This document shows positions 7,585-8,517 of a DNA stretch of 8,517 nt, piece by piece. Numbering within the stretch: the stretch's first letter is position 1; each line of letters starts with the position of its first letter. This DNA comes from a virus (taxonomy: Duplodnaviria > Heunggongvirae > Uroviricota > Caudoviricetes). A program made the position numbers and the translations under genes. The notes beneath the pieces were generated by a model. That model ran no database searches and had not been told where the DNA came from. It worked only from the letters and a program-made list of their open reading frames with translations. Location: IMG/VR virus record IMGVR_UViG_2619619131_000020, positions 1 to 8,517 of that record. One strand, 5' to 3'.

Positions 7585-8517
7585 TTATGCCGGGTTTTTA
7601 TAATTTTTCTTAATGTTTTCCGCACGTTCTGCTTTTTGGCGTGCTTCTGCTTTACGCTTATTGCTCATGTCGTTACGAATCTGTGCATGACTCATTAACG
7701 CGAAGATAAAGGTGCCGCCGCAGATGTTCCCCGCTAAAGTAGGTAGTGCGAAGGGCCAGATGAAATCGCTCCAGTGCAGCGTACCGTTAAACACCAGATA
7801 GAGGATTTCAACAGAACCGACCACGATATGGGTGGTGTCACCCAGGGCAATAAGCCAGGTCATCAATATAATCACCACAATCTTTGCCGCACCCGCTGCA
7901 GGAAACATCCAAACCATAGTGGCGATCAGCCAGCCGGAAATGATCGCGTTGGCAAACATCTCGCTGGGGGTGTTCTTCATCACATCCATGCCGATTTTGA
8001 CAAATGCATCGCGAGTTTCTTCATTGAAGATAGGCATATATTCAAATGCCCACGCCGCAATACCTGTCCCGAGAATATTACCCAGCAGCACGACGCCCCA
8101 TAACCGTATAAGTAAGCCGACGTTGCTCATTGTCGGTTTTTGCATGACGGGTAGTACCGCAGTCACGGTATTTTCGGTAAATAATTGCTGGCGGGCCATA
8201 ATGACGATAATAAAACCAAAGGTATAACCGAGATTCTCCAGCAAGAAGCTGCCCGGCACACCTTCCAGTTCGACTTGAAATATCCCTTTTGCCAGTAACG
8301 AAGCGCCCATCGACAGACCCGCCGCAATGGCTGACCACAGTAGCGCCATTGCGTCGCGTTCCAGCTCTTTTTCACCATCCTGGCGGATATGCTCATGAAT
8401 TGCCATCGCCCGGGAGGGGAGTCGGTCTTCATCTATTTCTATTTTTTTGCCGCGCTCTTTTTCTTCGCTCTCAACTTCAATTTCGTCGCTGTGTTGATCA
8501 ATTTTGTCGTTGTCCAT
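7585..8517 (-). CDS. yfdC: Formate/nitrite transporter family inner-membrane protein YfdC, 310 aa
   Basis: The 310-aa translation MDNDKIDQHSDEIEVESEEKERGKKIEIDEDRLPS... is followed by multiple hydrophobic transmembrane segments, consistent with E. coli YfdC. Its position next to argW fits the K-12 gene order yfdC-argW-intS. The start codon is the last three bases of the window, so an upstream extension cannot be excluded. Confidence 0.88.
   Translation of the reverse strand: MDNDKIDQHSDEIEVESEEKERGKKIEIDEDRLPSRAMAIHEHIRQDGEKELERDAMALLWSAIAAGLSMGASLLAKGIFQVELEGVPGSFLLENLGYTFGFIIVIMARQQLFTENTVTAVLPVMQKPTMSNVGLLIRLWGVVLLGNILGTGIAAWAFEYMPIFNEETRDAFVKIGMDVMKNTPSEMFANAIISGWLIATMVWMFPAAGAAKIVVIILMTWLIALGDTTHIVVGSVEILYLVFNGTLHWSDFIWPFALPTLAGNICGGTFIFALMSHAQIRNDMSNKRKAEARQKAERAENIKKNYKNPA

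Noticed and set aside
7774-8338. ORFs 7774-8103 (+), 7832-8227 (+), 8078-8338 (-) and 8163-8432 (-) within yfdC
   Set aside because: They are antisense to, or out of frame with, a full-length membrane transporter gene; none has independent support.

Overview
This window is the right-hand end of a deletion-scarred lambda-like prophage integrated at tRNA-Arg(CCU) (argW) beside chromosomal yfdC; I found no complete novel system (defence, toxin-antitoxin, CRISPR, retroelement). All homology calls rest on reading the translations against remembered lambda and E. coli proteins, since no search could be run. Plus strand, left to right: the 3' end of the terminase large subunit (A), W, a portal gene (B) that keeps only about 211 N-terminal codons and then reads in frame into unrelated sequence, a C-terminal fragment of minor tail protein M, intact L and K, and an in-frame chimera of the I N-terminus with the Lom C-terminus (J absent). 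These are followed by an intrinsic terminator, a side-tail-fibre gene whose shaft is a collagen-like Gly-X-Y domain built from eight 45-bp tandem repeats, and a translationally coupled DUF4376-like putative fibre chaperone. Minus strand, right part: a ykgJ-like CxxCxxCC gene interrupted by three frame changes that each sit at a homopolymer run, a tyrosine integrase, argW and yfdC. The most checkable oddities are the two in-frame deletion chimeras, the repeat-built fibre, and the homopolymer-broken ykgJ-like gene, which may equally be an assembly artefact.
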